Origin: Prochlorococcus sp. AG-449-O05
GTDB lineage: Bacteria; Cyanobacteriota; Cyanobacteriia; PCC-6307; Cyanobiaceae
DNA: 64,000 nucleotides
Reading direction: 5' to 3'
Assembly: GCA_003212195.1 (NCBI GenBank)
Contig: QCQM01000001.1
Coordinates: 42,378-106,377, forward strand
Made by a program: the position numbers and the translations under genes
Shown: piece by piece, positions 1 to 11,267 of the stretch
Layout: each line of letters opens with the position of its first letter
How positions within the stretch are numbered: the first letter of the stretch is position 1
The notes under the pieces: model-generated
What the model was told of the DNA's origin: nothing
Seen by the model: the letters and a program-made list of their open reading frames with translations, nothing else
The model's database searches: none

Positions 1-53
1 ATAATCTCCGCTATATTTAGCAATAATATTAATTTTACATACAGGATAATCAT

Positions 54-710
54 ATGCCCAAGACTAATGCTTTAATTAAAATTTGTGGCTTAACGTCAGA
101 AGAACAAGCTCTTCAAGTCGCAAAATTAGGAGCGAATGCTATCGGCATTATTTCAGTTGAAGAGTCACCAAGATATATATCTGCTGAAATTAAGAAAAAA
201 ATTTTCAAAACTTTAGAAAGGTTGTATCCGAAAATAGAGAGAGTATCAGTCGTACAAAATTGTCCAATAGACTTGATTATTAAAAATTTCTTAGGCAACC
301 CAAGTGAAACTATCATTCAATTACATGGAGATGAAGATATTGATTACTGTAAAAAAATAAGGGAAAAAATTCCCCATATTGGTCTATGGAAGGCTTTCAG
401 AATAAAAACGGAAAAGGACATAGATAAAATAAAACCTTTTGAGGATTTTGTAGATGCGATACTGCTTGATTCTTGGAACAAAGAAACTTATGGAGGTTCA
501 GGGAAAAAAATAAATTCTTTTTATCTAAAGAATCTGCAATTTAGCAAGCCTTGGTGGTTAGCAGGTGGCATATCAATTGAATGGATTGATGAGATCCTTA
601 CTGACTTCAAACCGGATGGCTTAGATATTTCAAGTAGTATTGAAATATCTCCAGGTTTAAAAGATATTAAAAAAACAGAGGCTCTTTTTAATTTTTTAAA
701 AAGAGATTAG
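54..710 (+). CDS. trpF: Phosphoribosylanthranilate isomerase
   Basis: IKICGLT, IQLHGDE, LLDS..GGSG, WLAGGI and GLDISS motifs. Confidence 0.95.
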   Translation: MPKTNALIKICGLTSEEQALQVAKLGANAIGIISVEESPRYISAEIKKKIFKTLERLYPKIERVSVVQNCPIDLIIKNFLGNPSETIIQLHGDEDIDYCKKIREKIPHIGLWKAFRIKTEKDIDKIKPFEDFVDAILLDSWNKETYGGSGKKINSFYLKNLQFSKPWWLAGGISIEWIDEILTDFKPDGLDISSSIEISPGLKDIKKTEALFNFLKRD

Positions 711-1447
711 TAATTATTTGTAGCCGACTGCTGTTTTACAAGCTCAAAAAATTCTTGTTTTAAACTTAAATCATGTCTAAAATCACCTCTTACCACAGAA
801 TTAATCATACTTGTATTTGGTTCTTTAACCCCCCTCCATTTCATGCAATAATGTTGGGCCTTTACAATAATGCCTAGACCTTTAGGTTCACACAGTTTTT
901 CGATTTCATCTGCAAGAATCATTACAGCTTCTTCCTGAATATGAGGTCTTGAAAAAACCCAATCAGCTACTCTCGCAAATTTTGAAAGCCCTATAACTTT
1001 ATTGCCAGGTTTAATACCTATCCAACACTCTCCTAAAATCGGAACTAAGTGATGCGAACATGCAGATCTGACAGAAATTGGGCCAACTGTATAAATCTCA
1101 TCAAGATTTTTGTCATTAGGGAAACTTGTAACTTTAGGTTGTTCATAATATCTACCTTTAAAAACTTCATTTAAATACATTTTTGAAACTCTTTCAGCAG
1201 TTTCTTGAGTATTATGATCATTTTCGACATCTATAACTAGGGACTTCAATAAATCTTTAACTCTTGAAGCTACTTCTTTTTCTAAAATTTCTAATTCTCC
1301 AGGATTTATAAAATCTGCAATATTATCGTTGGCGCTAAATTTAGTTCCAGAATTCTTAATTCTATCCCTAATAATTTCAGATATTAATTTATTAGTAATC
1401 TGGTCGTCAAAGTTTCTAATATTATCGTTGGGTAATGTCGAGGTCAT
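707..1447 (-). CDS. folE: GTP cyclohydrolase I
   Basis: ETAERV, SACSHHLVP, GLSKFARV, IQE and HYCMKWRGV zinc/GTP motifs. Confidence 0.95.
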   Translation of the reverse strand: MTSTLPNDNIRNFDDQITNKLISEIIRDRIKNSGTKFSANDNIADFINPGELEILEKEVASRVKDLLKSLVIDVENDHNTQETAERVSKMYLNEVFKGRYYEQPKVTSFPNDKNLDEIYTVGPISVRSACSHHLVPILGECWIGIKPGNKVIGLSKFARVADWVFSRPHIQEEAVMILADEIEKLCEPKGLGIIVKAQHYCMKWRGVKEPNTSMINSVVRGDFRHDLSLKQEFFELVKQQSATNNY

Positions 1448-1601
1448 AAAATTCTTTACAGAAAAATTGTATGCAACTTAATTAACTGTATCTTCTAAAA
1501 GCTTAATTGCTTATACACTATATCACATTCTCTTGTTCAATCGGGTTCGAAAAGATCTAAAAAAAATCACTTTTTTAAGATTTAATAGATAAAAAGAATG
1601 T

Positions 1602-2309
1602 TTAAAATGCTCCTCCAGAAGGCATCAAAGTTAAGTCTTCAATCAATTGTGATTTTGATTTTTGAGCCATAAAGAGAATAGTATCTGATACCTCGCTTGA
1701 GGAGAGCATAGAAGTTCTGTCAAAATCAGCATTGATAGATTCAGAGTCCCAAAGAGGAGTATTTACTGAACCTAAAGTTATTGTGCAGGCTCTGATTGAA
1801 TTAGATCTCTCCTCTTCCCTCAAGCATTTAGTAAACATCGCTAGTGCAGATTTTGAAATACAATATGCTCCCCATTGGGGGAATGCATTATAAGAAGCAT
1901 GGCTACTTACGTTAATGACTAATCCACCATTTTTTCTCATTTGAGGAATTATTGAGCTGCAGATTTGGAAAACGCTTGTAAGGTTTATTTGCATGGTTTG
2001 TTCCCATTGTCTCAAATCCATTTCAACTAAGGGGCCATTGAATGCGCAGCCTGCATTATTTATCAAGACTGAAGGGCAACCATACTTCTCAATTGCTTCT
2101 TTAACACAATGGTCTATTTCTGGAGGCTTAGATAAATCACATTTAACTAGGCTAATTTTTGATTTAGTAGTTAAAAGTTCGCTCTTTAGTTTCTCCATTA
2201 AATCCATATTCCTTGAAAGCAAAATTAAATCCCAACCAGCATTAGCAAAAGTAATTGCTGTGGATCTACCAATACCTTTCGTAGCACCTGTAATAAAAGC
2301 TAGTTTCAA
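1602..2309 (-). CDS. Short-chain dehydrogenase/reductase (SDR)
   Basis: TGATKGIG, NNAG and YCISK. Start placed at TTG 2309, just after the accA stop, rather than 2351 which overlaps accA. Confidence 0.88.
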   Translation of the reverse strand: MKLAFITGATKGIGRSTAITFANAGWDLILLSRNMDLMEKLKSELLTTKSKISLVKCDLSKPPEIDHCVKEAIEKYGCPSVLINNAGCAFNGPLVEMDLRQWEQTMQINLTSVFQICSSIIPQMRKNGGLVINVSSHASYNAFPQWGAYCISKSALAMFTKCLREEERSNSIRACTITLGSVNTPLWDSESINADFDRTSMLSSSEVSDTILFMAQKSKSQLIEDLTLMPSGGAF

Positions 2310-2310
2310 T

Positions 2311-3318
2311 TTATTCAGTTTTTTGGGGGATTTCACTATAAATCTCTTCAATATTATTAGCTTCGATAAATTTGCCTAAAACCCTAAACTTTTTGTATCT
2401 TTCCTCAATTAATTCATCTTCAGGCATTTGCAGTAAAGCATTAAGGTGTTTCTCAATAGCCTCTTTTAGTGTATTGCCAGCATCTAAAGGAGCCCAATTA
2501 TTACCACCAGAAGGTTCTGGCAATACCTCATCTATTATCCCCAATTTAAGTAAATCTTTACCTGTAATTTTAAGTGCTGATGCAGCTTCTGGCGCCTTCG
2601 CAGCATCTCTCCACAAAATTGATGCACATGCTTCTGGACTAGCAACTGTATAAACACTATGTTCAAACATTAATAACCTATCAGCAACACCTATTCCGAG
2701 TGCACCTCCTGAACCTCCTTCTCCAATGACAGTAGCCACAATTGGGACCTTCAAGCCAAACATCTCTCGTAGATTTCTCGCAATAGCTTCCCCTTGACCA
2801 TGTTCTTCAGCCTTTAAACCAGCATAAGCTCCAGGAGTATCAATAAATGTAAGAATTGGCAAAGAGAATCTATTTGCATGTTGCATTAATCTAAGAGCTT
2901 TCCTGTAACCTCCTGGTTTTGCCATCCCAAAGTTTCTTACTACATTTTCTTTTGTATCCCTTCCTTTCTGATGCCCTAACATCAATACTGGTCTACTATT
3001 TATTGAACCTATCCCCCCAATTAGTGCCATATCATCGCCACCATTTCTGTCTCCATGTAATTCGATCCAGTCATCACAAAACATTTGAACAAAGTCCAAA
3101 GTACTAGGTCTTTGAGGATGTCTAGCTACCTGAATCTTTTGTGCAGGAGTGAGAGACTTGAATATTTCTTCTCTTCTCCTTGCAGCTAAGGTTTCAAGCT
3201 GCAGAAGCTGTTGGCTTACATCTACTTCTGAATCTCTAGCTAATTCTTTAATTTGCTCTATTTGTTTTTCAAGTTCAACAAGAGGCTTCTCAAAGTCAAG
3301 GAGGTAACGTTTAGCCAT
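2311..3318 (-). CDS. accA: Acetyl-CoA carboxylase carboxyltransferase alpha subunit
   Basis: [21 protein letters not shown] and GEGGSGGAL. Confidence 0.97.
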   Translation of the reverse strand: MAKRYLLDFEKPLVELEKQIEQIKELARDSEVDVSQQLLQLETLAARRREEIFKSLTPAQKIQVARHPQRPSTLDFVQMFCDDWIELHGDRNGGDDMALIGGIGSINSRPVLMLGHQKGRDTKENVVRNFGMAKPGGYRKALRLMQHANRFSLPILTFIDTPGAYAGLKAEEHGQGEAIARNLREMFGLKVPIVATVIGEGGSGGALGIGVADRLLMFEHSVYTVASPEACASILWRDAAKAPEAASALKITGKDLLKLGIIDEVLPEPSGGNNWAPLDAGNTLKEAIEKHLNALLQMPEDELIEERYKKFRVLGKFIEANNIEEIYSEIPQKTE

Positions 3319-3321
3319 AAT

Positions 3322-4362
3322 TTAAACAGTTAATACTTTGTGCTCTTTATCAAGTCCAATCGCAGAAAAACCATGTTTTAAAGAAGCTTCTCCAATAAAT
3401 TCCATTTTTTCAAGAGAAATGTTATTTCTTCCCCAACTAAAGTTGGTATAACACTTTTCAAATTCTAAAATCATAGCTTCTGCAAAGCAAGCAAACATCT
3501 CTCTCTGTGGGTTTTGCATTTCTGCAAGTTCCATCATATTCCAGCCAATATCATTGAAAAACTCTACTATACCTCCTTTTAATACATGAATATTTTCGCC
3601 CTGAAATTTCTCATCAAGATTTTTAGGGTATCCACCATCAATCATTAAACATGGTTTTCTTAAGTTATCAGTATCAATCTCAATAGTTTTAGGCATACTT
3701 GCTACCCATACAACAATATCCGCTTGAGGTAATGCTTCATCTAAAGTTGTTATGGTGCCACCATCTAAATCTTTTTGTAATAAAGCTAGTGGTTCTTTTT
3801 GTCTTGCGACCATAAGAAGTTCAGAAATACCGGTTTTATTTATAAGCCATCTACAAACAGCACTGCCTATGTCCCCTGTAGCACCAATAACTGCAACAGT
3901 TGCTTTTTTAAGGTCTATCCCAATACGTGGTGCATTTATTTCTAGTTGCCTACAAATAACCCAGGCGGTATGAGTATTGCCAGTAGTAAATCTTTCCCAT
4001 TCTAATGAAGTATTTCTGATTTGTTTATGCTGAAGAAGATTAAAATTCTCAAATATAATAGAAGTAAATCCCCCTAAAGCTGTAATATTAATCCCTTTTT
4101 TCTGAGCTAGTTCCATAGCATTTAATACTTTTCTTCTTGCCGTTTTAAACCTAGAAAGCATCTCAGGAACAAAGCAAGAATCTATGTAAGAGCCTTCTAT
4201 AGATATTCCAGTAGCACTCTTAACTTCAACATTTTCAACCAACTGTGGAGGAGCTGTACACCAAACATCCAAGTTACCATCTGCGATATGATCAAAGCCT
4301 AGCATCGAAGCTTTTCTTTTAGCATCTTCAAAACTGGTTGAGTGGCCAATTAACCCAAACAT
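3322..4362 (-). CDS. aar: Long-chain acyl-ACP reductase (alkane synthesis)
   Basis: MFGLIGH N-terminus, [17 protein letters not shown] and FACFAE catalytic Cys; adjacent to ado. Confidence 0.95.
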   Translation of the reverse strand: MFGLIGHSTSFEDAKRKASMLGFDHIADGNLDVWCTAPPQLVENVEVKSATGISIEGSYIDSCFVPEMLSRFKTARRKVLNAMELAQKKGINITALGGFTSIIFENFNLLQHKQIRNTSLEWERFTTGNTHTAWVICRQLEINAPRIGIDLKKATVAVIGATGDIGSAVCRWLINKTGISELLMVARQKEPLALLQKDLDGGTITTLDEALPQADIVVWVASMPKTIEIDTDNLRKPCLMIDGGYPKNLDEKFQGENIHVLKGGIVEFFNDIGWNMMELAEMQNPQREMFACFAEAMILEFEKCYTNFSWGRNNISLEKMEFIGEASLKHGFSAIGLDKEHKVLTV

Positions 4363-4469
4363 TTAAAATTTATAAATGGTTTCTATATGATGTTATGAAC
4401 AATAGCACAGAGGTACCTACTTAAATAGGAATGATTAATTATAAAATTCCTAATTAAGTAGAAATAAAA

Positions 4470-5198
4470 TCAAACAATTGCAGCCATCGCCATTCTGGCA
4501 ATTTCTCTATTATCTAGACCTATTTCCATCAATGTATCTTGATAAGCAATCATAAATTCTTCCATTAATTCTTCCCTGTCCATAGCTAAAACTGATGCGT
4601 CATCTGCTACTTCATCTAACATCTTTTTAATTAAAGGAAGATTAACCTTATTAGCTTCCATTAATTCCTCTTTACAAGTAGATAAATTCTCTTTAAGCCA
4701 CTCTTGACCGTAATTCAAATGAAGATATTCATCTTTAACAACTCCCTCTGTTATTTTTTTTGCAAAAGGATCGGCAACTCTTATATAAACATTATAAGCA
4801 GAGATTGCGAATGCTTCTATTAAGATAGCCTGTATTAAAAGACATGTTGTTAAATTTCCTTTTTCAAGAGCAATTTGAAAATTACCATGTAATTTAGAAA
4901 AGAATTTTTTAGCAAAATCCATATCTGCTTCTACACCTAAATTTCTTCCACATGCAGTAAAGCCTTTTTTATGTTTCATTTCCATTCTCGCCAATTTAGT
5001 TAACTCCTCTAATTCATTTGGAATTAAAGTTGCTATTGAAATGTAATTATCATGAGCCTCTTGCTCTCCCTCTATAACAATTGCATTTATTCTGCTATAT
5101 GCATCCTTATAAGAATCTGTAGTGAAGTCGGGCAAATTTAAAGAAACCGGGTTAGACGATTCTTCAATAGTTTGTTTATTTGATTCTAGAGTTTGCAT
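4470..5198 (-). CDS. ado: Aldehyde deformylating oxygenase
   Basis: YKDAYSRINAIVIEGEQEA and di-iron ExxH motifs (EMKH, EYLH). ATG 5198 preferred; ATG 5225 is an alternative. Confidence 0.95.
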   Translation of the reverse strand: MQTLESNKQTIEESSNPVSLNLPDFTTDSYKDAYSRINAIVIEGEQEAHDNYISIATLIPNELEELTKLARMEMKHKKGFTACGRNLGVEADMDFAKKFFSKLHGNFQIALEKGNLTTCLLIQAILIEAFAISAYNVYIRVADPFAKKITEGVVKDEYLHLNYGQEWLKENLSTCKEELMEANKVNLPLIKKMLDEVADDASVLAMDREELMEEFMIAYQDTLMEIGLDNREIARMAMAAIV

Positions 5199-5309
5199 GT
5201 CAGTAATCTTTAGCTCATTATGCATGAATATTACACGATTATAGAGTGTTTATTTAAATATCATGAAAATAGTTTCAATTGTTAAGTCACAATTTTTACT
5301 TAAAGTTAT

Positions 5310-6104
5310 TTAAGAATTGTTTGGCCAATCTGATTGCATCAGATTCATAATCAATTTGAACCAATGATTAATCAATAATTCCTTTAAATTTTTTCCTAAC
5401 GACTCATTTGCTCCTCTACTATCCCCTATAACACCTGATTCACTGATGTCGTCAGTAAGCCAAGCAGTGGGCGCATTGCCCTCTAGGCTCCAACCTTCAG
5501 GAATCTGTCCTTTAATGCCCTCATTTGGGCGTTCATCACCCACTAATTCTGGTTTTAAAGCCATCATCAAACTTGTTTCAGCTAGAGAAGCATGAAGCCC
5601 ATCCTCGATCTCAGTTTTTGTTAACAATTCATTCAATCCATTAACACCACTCCATAAGAAACAAGGGAAAACTGCCATCCCTGGTGCGAAACTTCTTAAC
5701 TCTCTTGCAGCTGTATTTAATAGTGAAATTTGACCCCCATGACCATTAATCAATATCAATCTTTTAAAACCCATTTCTGATAATTGACTTCCGACTTCCT
5801 TAATCATTGAGGTTATTAAATTTGAGGAAAGTGAAATTGTCCCGGCGAAACCCTTATGTTCTGGAGAAAAACCAATATATTGAGTTGGAAGTTTTTTTAA
5901 TGGAATATCGGCAGAGAATAATTTAAAAACTTCGCTAATAATTTCATCAACAAAAATACTATCTGTAGCAAGAGGCAAATGCGGTCCATGTTGCTCAACA
6001 GCACCGAATGGCCAAATCACTGTAGATCTTTTGTTTTTTGCAACACTCTCAATTTCTTTCCAATTTAAATATTCAAATTTATTAGGTATTGGTTTAAAGT
6101 TCAT
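5310..6104 (-). CDS. Creatininase-family amidohydrolase
   Basis: GAVEQHGPHLPLATD, NGHGG and HAS..ETS motifs. Confidence 0.9.
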   Translation of the reverse strand: MNFKPIPNKFEYLNWKEIESVAKNKRSTVIWPFGAVEQHGPHLPLATDSIFVDEIISEVFKLFSADIPLKKLPTQYIGFSPEHKGFAGTISLSSNLITSMIKEVGSQLSEMGFKRLILINGHGGQISLLNTAARELRSFAPGMAVFPCFLWSGVNGLNELLTKTEIEDGLHASLAETSLMMALKPELVGDERPNEGIKGQIPEGWSLEGNAPTAWLTDDISESGVIGDSRGANESLGKNLKELLINHWFKLIMNLMQSDWPNNS

Positions 6105-6170
6105 TAATTTTAATTTTGAGTACTAACATTTAGAGTATGTTAATAATTAATTATTCTTATTTTACCTACG

Positions 6171-7373
6171 ATGGGAGTCAATAATAAAAATGCCCAAGAT
6201 ATTATCCAACCAAAGGGCAATAAAAAACCTCTTCAGGTACTTCACATAAGCAAGAAAGATACTCAAAAAAAATCTCAAGATATAGTTAATAAGCAAACCA
6301 ATTCGCAAGAAGAAACTAAAAAAGAAAATATCGCGATCAAACCTCAAATCATCAAAGATGATTCAGTAAAAGAAATTGAGGACAGTAATGAAAACACCAA
6401 AGATTTTGATATTTCTCAACAAGACTTAAATAGACCCCTTAGTTTTTCTGAGCAAAACACAGAATTTCAATTAGAAAGGACTGTTGATGAATTCGATTTT
6501 GATGAAAGTGCTTTTTTGGAGGCTTTAAATGAAAATGAACCAATTGGGGCTACAGGAGAAACAATTTCAGGTAAGGTTATAGCAATCGAAAGTGATGGAC
6601 TTTATATTGACATTGGAGGAAAAGCACCTGGTTATATGCCCAAAAAAGAATGTGGTTTGGGTGTCATAACAAATTTTAAAGAAAAATTTTCTATAGGCCT
6701 TGAAATGGAAGTTTTGGTTATCAAAGAACAAAATGCTGATGGGATGGTAACAGTAAGCGCTCGGGCATTAATTCTTAGGCAAAGTTGGGAGAAAGTATCA
6801 AGTTCCGCAAAAAATGGAGAATTAATTAACGTTTTAATTAATGGATTTAACAGAGGTGGACTTACGTGTGATGTAGATGGATTGAGAGGATTTATCCCAA
6901 GATCCCAACTTGAAGATGGACAAGACTATCAATCTTTTATTGGCAAAACCCTAAAAGTAGCATTTCTTGAGGTGAATCCAGAATCCAGAAAATTAGTTCT
7001 CTCTGAAAAGAAAGCATCATTAGTCTCTAGGCTTACAAGTTTAGAACTAGGTCAATTAATTGAAGGAGAAGTTTTAGCAGTAAAACCCTATGGCTTCTTT
7101 ATAGATTTAGGTGGAGCTAGTGGACTTCTTCATCAATCCTCATTAACAAATGGATCGATTCGTTCTTTAAGAGAAGTTTTTAGAGAAGGGGAAATAATAA
7201 AAGCTTTAATATCTGAAATTGATCTCGAAAAAGGGCGAATTGGTCTCAATACAGCACTACTAGAAAACACTGCGGGCGAATTAATTATTGATAAGCAAAA
7301 AGTTATGCAAGAAGCCACTGAAAGAGCACTAAAAACTAAAGCACTCTTCGATAAAAAAGAACAAGATAAATGA
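6171..7373 (+). CDS. rps1b: 30S ribosomal protein S1 homologue B (three S1 domains)
   Basis: Three S1 repeats (IDIGGK, GLRGFIPRSQL, PYGFFIDLGGASGLLH) after a low-complexity N-terminus. Confidence 0.88.
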   Translation: MGVNNKNAQDIIQPKGNKKPLQVLHISKKDTQKKSQDIVNKQTNSQEETKKENIAIKPQIIKDDSVKEIEDSNENTKDFDISQQDLNRPLSFSEQNTEFQLERTVDEFDFDESAFLEALNENEPIGATGETISGKVIAIESDGLYIDIGGKAPGYMPKKECGLGVITNFKEKFSIGLEMEVLVIKEQNADGMVTVSARALILRQSWEKVSSSAKNGELINVLINGFNRGGLTCDVDGLRGFIPRSQLEDGQDYQSFIGKTLKVAFLEVNPESRKLVLSEKKASLVSRLTSLELGQLIEGEVLAVKPYGFFIDLGGASGLLHQSSLTNGSIRSLREVFREGEIIKALISEIDLEKGRIGLNTALLENTAGELIIDKQKVMQEATERALKTKALFDKKEQDK

Positions 7374-8275
7374 AGATTAATAAAACAATGGAGTCAAGTC
7401 TTAAATTAAAAATTTCAGATTGGGAATTAGACTTCTATTCAAGACCAATTATTGAATCAAATGGAAAAAAAAGGTGGGAGTTAATTATTTGCTCTACGAG
7501 AAGTTATAAGACAGAAGATATTTTTCTTTGGAATAAAAAATGCCCTGCCAATGAAGTCAATTCAGTATGGCTTACAAAGGCACTGAATGAAGCAATAAGT
7601 GAAGCAAAAAAACAAGGGTGGGAGAAACCTTCAATAGTTCGGTTCTGGAGGTCGTCAATGAAATCGATTATTAAGAAATCTCTGGAGGCCGTAAGTATTG
7701 AGGCTCTTGTAAGTAGAAGAACTTACGATTTATTCGATCGAATCGAATTTCTTGAAAAAGAGATTTATCCAAAGGAAAAAGGTTACGTAAGAGGTGTACT
7801 AGCTCCTAGTTTTACATCTAAAATGGAAAACTCCCCTGAACCTCTTCCTGACGCAGTTAGGGGTGATGCTTTAACTATCTCTGAAATATCCATTGGCGAA
7901 TTAAAATCAGCAGAAAATTGGCCTATGGATTTTGGAGATATTTTCCCAATTCAGAAAGATTTAGATGATAATAAATTGGTTCCAGGATTAAGACTTTTTA
8001 GCAAAGATAGATCTTTAGCACTTTCTGCATGGTTCAGTTGTTTAGAACCTATTAAATTAACTATACATAAGAACCAACTCATCCTTGAAGCTTTAGAAGA
8101 CGATAAGTGGCTGGTAACAGATTTACCAGAAAAAGATGCAAACATTTTGAGTACAAAGTTTTTAGAGAATAAAAAAAATTCTTTTGGGTATCAATTTATT
8201 TCCATACAGTCAACGCCATACATAGAAAAATTTGCAGGATTCTGGATCTTGAGAGATATTGAATTAATTACATAA
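7370..8275 (+). CDS. Tab2/Atab2-family RNA-binding protein (DUF1092)
   Basis: WELDFYSRP..GKKRWELII and FAGFW signatures. Confidence 0.88.
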   Translation: MKINKTMESSLKLKISDWELDFYSRPIIESNGKKRWELIICSTRSYKTEDIFLWNKKCPANEVNSVWLTKALNEAISEAKKQGWEKPSIVRFWRSSMKSIIKKSLEAVSIEALVSRRTYDLFDRIEFLEKEIYPKEKGYVRGVLAPSFTSKMENSPEPLPDAVRGDALTISEISIGELKSAENWPMDFGDIFPIQKDLDDNKLVPGLRLFSKDRSLALSAWFSCLEPIKLTIHKNQLILEALEDDKWLVTDLPEKDANILSTKFLENKKNSFGYQFISIQSTPYIEKFAGFWILRDIELIT

Positions 8276-8297
8276 GTTCAGTTTAGGAGCAGGAACT

Positions 8298-9080
8298 ATT
8301 CCTTATAAAGAAGTATATTTCTCAAAAGTTGAAATTTCTATTCAAAACAAAAAATTTGAGTATTATTCATCACCCATCCTTAGTCAAAATAATTTCAAAC
8401 ATGCATACTTTACGAAGTCTAGCTCTGAGAAATTTCTTCAATTATTAGGGAATCACTTTAATGAAAATTACATAAATTGTGTTTCCAATCAAATTCACAG
8501 TAATGTGATAGCGTTTGGTTCATATTCGCAAGAAGGGGGTAAGACTGTCGCAGATGGTCTTGTTGGTAATAAATGCAATCAAAACTTGTGGGTTTACACA
8601 GCGGATTGCATGCCAATATTTTTTGCAGATAAAAGGACAAGAAAAGTAGCGGCTTTGCATTGCGGAAGAAAAGGTTTAGAAAAAAAAATAATAAAAAATC
8701 TGGTCAAAATTTTTGATAATTTTGGGACACATAGAGATGACTTACTTGTTGCAATAGGACCTGCAATTTCGAAAGAAAATTATCTAGTTGATAAAATGAC
8801 ACTCAAAGAATTTTATAGAAAGGCTGAAAACAAAAACATTAGGGTCAATTTTACAAAAACTGAAAAAGATTTTTATTTTAATGATTCGAATCACTTCAAA
8901 AAGCAAAACTTAAATCAACTTGATCTTAAAAGATCTGCCCATAGACAAATTTTAAATGAGAACATTCCTGATACAAATATTGAAATCTCAAATTTATGCA
9001 CATACAAATTAAAAAATGAATTTTATTCCTGGAGAAGGAGCAAAACAATCTCGAGGCAATGGAATTTAATTTGCTCATAG
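8298..9080 (+). CDS. pgeF: PgeF/YfiH (DUF152) purine nucleoside phosphorylase-like peptidoglycan editing factor
   Basis: HAYFTK, NQIHS, TADC, HCGRKG, AIGPAI and FYSWRR. The frame is open upstream of the tracked GTG 8505; start inferred at ATT 8298. Confidence 0.82.
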   Translation: MPYKEVYFSKVEISIQNKKFEYYSSPILSQNNFKHAYFTKSSSEKFLQLLGNHFNENYINCVSNQIHSNVIAFGSYSQEGGKTVADGLVGNKCNQNLWVYTADCMPIFFADKRTRKVAALHCGRKGLEKKIIKNLVKIFDNFGTHRDDLLVAIGPAISKENYLVDKMTLKEFYRKAENKNIRVNFTKTEKDFYFNDSNHFKKQNLNQLDLKRSAHRQILNENIPDTNIEISNLCTYKLKNEFYSWRRSKTISRQWNLICS

Positions 9081-9086
9081 AGGTAG

Positions 9087-9437
9087 TTATCTAGGACAAC
9101 TTTCACTAGTCAAGTCTTTAGCGACTAATAATTCGGTCATCTCCTTAGTACCTTTAATATTGAAAACTTTGGCTAACAAAACATTCTCTTTGAAACCAAA
9201 AGGTTTTATTTTCACTTTGCTTCTCCTAGGGAATTCACTCTTAAGTAAATTAGTTGCTTCTAGCTCATCATTTTCATTTACATCTACACAAAATAATCCA
9301 ATAGTTAAATTCCTATTTTGATCCCCAACCAAAATAGTATTTGAACTTTTAATTTGAAGAATTTCAGCCGAGTTAACCACTATAGGATTAAGAATAATCA
9401 AGCAGAATATAATTAAAATTTTTGATATTTTTTTCAA
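9087..9437 (-). CDS. Exported small protein, degenerate SNase/thermonuclease-like
   Basis: Signal-peptide-like N-terminus; beta pattern resembling the SNase N-terminus. Confidence 0.6.
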   Translation of the reverse strand: MKKISKILIIFCLIILNPIVVNSAEILQIKSSNTILVGDQNRNLTIGLFCVDVNENDELEATNLLKSEFPRRSKVKIKPFGFKENVLLAKVFNIKGTKEMTELLVAKDLTSESCPR

Positions 9438-9503
9438 TTTAGATAAATTAAACTTTTTAAAACATCTTAAAGTTAATTTTTTAAAATAACGAATTTTTAA
9501 AAA

Positions 9504-11267
9504 TTAGTCTTCACAATTAACATATCCAACCATTTGAGCATTACTTTTACCAGGAGGAACCATTGGATAACAATTTTCGCCTCTTCTGACAAGGATATTA
9601 ATCAATGCAGGGCCATCATGATCTAGCGCATTTTTTAATTCATTCTGTAATTGTTTTCTATCAGAAATTAAGTATCCTTTAACTCCAAAAGACTCAGCAA
9701 GTTTTACAAAATCAGGTTCACCACAACTCATATCAGATGAGGAATATCTTTCATCGTAGAAACTTTCCTGCCATTGTCTTACCATCCCTTGCCAGCGATT
9801 ATTAATAATAATCAATTTTACCTTTAAACCATATTGAGATAAAGTTCCTAATTCTTGAATATTCATTAAGACACTTGCATCTCCTGCAATACAAATTACA
9901 TCTGAATTAGGTAAGGCTGCTTTTACTCCAATTGCCGCTGGCAATCCAAAACCCATAGTTCCTAAGCCTGCACTACTAATCCATTTTCTTGGAGAATTCC
10001 TAAGATATTGAGCAGCCCACATTTGATGTTGTCCTACATCTGTAGTTACATAAGCTTCTGGCGAAAGTTCCCTAACTTTTAAAAGAACTTCCTGAGGATA
10101 AATTTCTCCTTCTTTAGGCGGATCATATAAAGGGTGTTTATTTTTCCAAAAATCAATTTTTTCTAACCAGTTCTTAGTAAGACAACTAGATTTGTTATTG
10201 AGAAATTTTTGATTAATTTTGCGAACGGCTTTTGAAACATCTGAGACAATTGCAACATCTACACGTCTATTCTTATTTACTTCTGCTGGATCGATATCTA
10301 TATGAATTACTTTTGCATTAGGTGCAAAAGTATCTAATTTTCCTGTCACCCTATCATCGAATCTAGCACCAATGGCAATTAAAAGATCGCATTCTGTAAC
10401 TGCAAAATTTGCGTAAGCAGTTCCGTGCATTCCTAACATCCCTACAGATAAATTGTCTTTTTCATCAAAAGATCCCTTCCCCATCAAGGTTGTAGTAACT
10501 GGTATTTGATAATTTTTTGCCAAAATTCTTATTTCATCATGGGCTCCGGAAGATATTGCCCCACCTCCAACGTATAGAAGAGGTCTTTCAGAATGTTCTA
10601 TTAATTTAATTACTTTATTGATTTCGCAATCATTAATATCACCATTCCTTTTAAATCCTTTGGGAATAATCTCACCAGGCAAAACTCTTTGGTAATTAAA
10701 GAACTCTTGACCTACATCTTTTGGTATATCAATTAAAACTGGGCCAGGTCTTCCAGAAGAGGCTATAAAGAATGCTTCGGAAACTACTTTCGCAATATCT
10801 GAAGGATCTCTTATTACCCATGAATGTTTCACTATTGGAAGGGTTATACCAAAAATATCAGTTTCTTGAAAAGCGTCTGTCCCTATAGCAGGTCTTGGGA
10901 CTTGGCCTGTAACTACAACTAGGGGGACTGAATCCATTTGAGCAGTTGCAATCCCAGTTACCAAATTTGTTGCACCTGGACCTGAGGTACCAAAACATAC
11001 CCCTACTTCACCAGTAGATCTTGCATATCCATCAGCAGCATGTGAACCACCTTGTTCATGCCTAACCATAAAATGCTTTAACCAACCATCTTGTTCTGCT
11101 TTATGAACAGCGTCATATATTGGCAGTATCGCTCCTCCAGGATATCCAAATATAACTTTTACCCCATGAATTTTTAAAGAATCCATTAATGCATCTGCAC
11201 CAGTTATCCAAACTGGACTTTCATTTTTTGAACTACCCTTTGAAAAGGATCTCGAAGTAAGGGTCAC
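9504..11267 (-). CDS. ilvB: Acetolactate synthase large subunit
   Basis: [29 protein letters not shown] and GDAS..NN TPP motif. Confidence 0.96.
   Translation of the reverse strand: MTLTSRSFSKGSSKNESPVWITGADALMDSLKIHGVKVIFGYPGGAILPIYDAVHKAEQDGWLKHFMVRHEQGGSHAADGYARSTGEVGVCFGTSGPGATNLVTGIATAQMDSVPLVVVTGQVPRPAIGTDAFQETDIFGITLPIVKHSWVIRDPSDIAKVVSEAFFIASSGRPGPVLIDIPKDVGQEFFNYQRVLPGEIIPKGFKRNGDINDCEINKVIKLIEHSERPLLYVGGGAISSGAHDEIRILAKNYQIPVTTTLMGKGSFDEKDNLSVGMLGMHGTAYANFAVTECDLLIAIGARFDDRVTGKLDTFAPNAKVIHIDIDPAEVNKNRRVDVAIVSDVSKAVRKINQKFLNNKSSCLTKNWLEKIDFWKNKHPLYDPPKEGEIYPQEVLLKVRELSPEAYVTTDVGQHQMWAAQYLRNSPRKWISSAGLGTMGFGLPAAIGVKAALPNSDVICIAGDASVLMNIQELGTLSQYGLKVKLIIINNRWQGMVRQWQESFYDERYSSSDMSCGEPDFVKLAESFGVKGYLISDRKQLQNELKNALDHDGPALINILVRRGENCYPMVPPGKSNAQMVGYVNCED

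Noticed and set aside
2310-2351. 41-bp overlap of the SDR ORF with accA
   Set aside because: Artefact of longest-ORF start choice; TTG 2309 directly precedes the Rossmann motif
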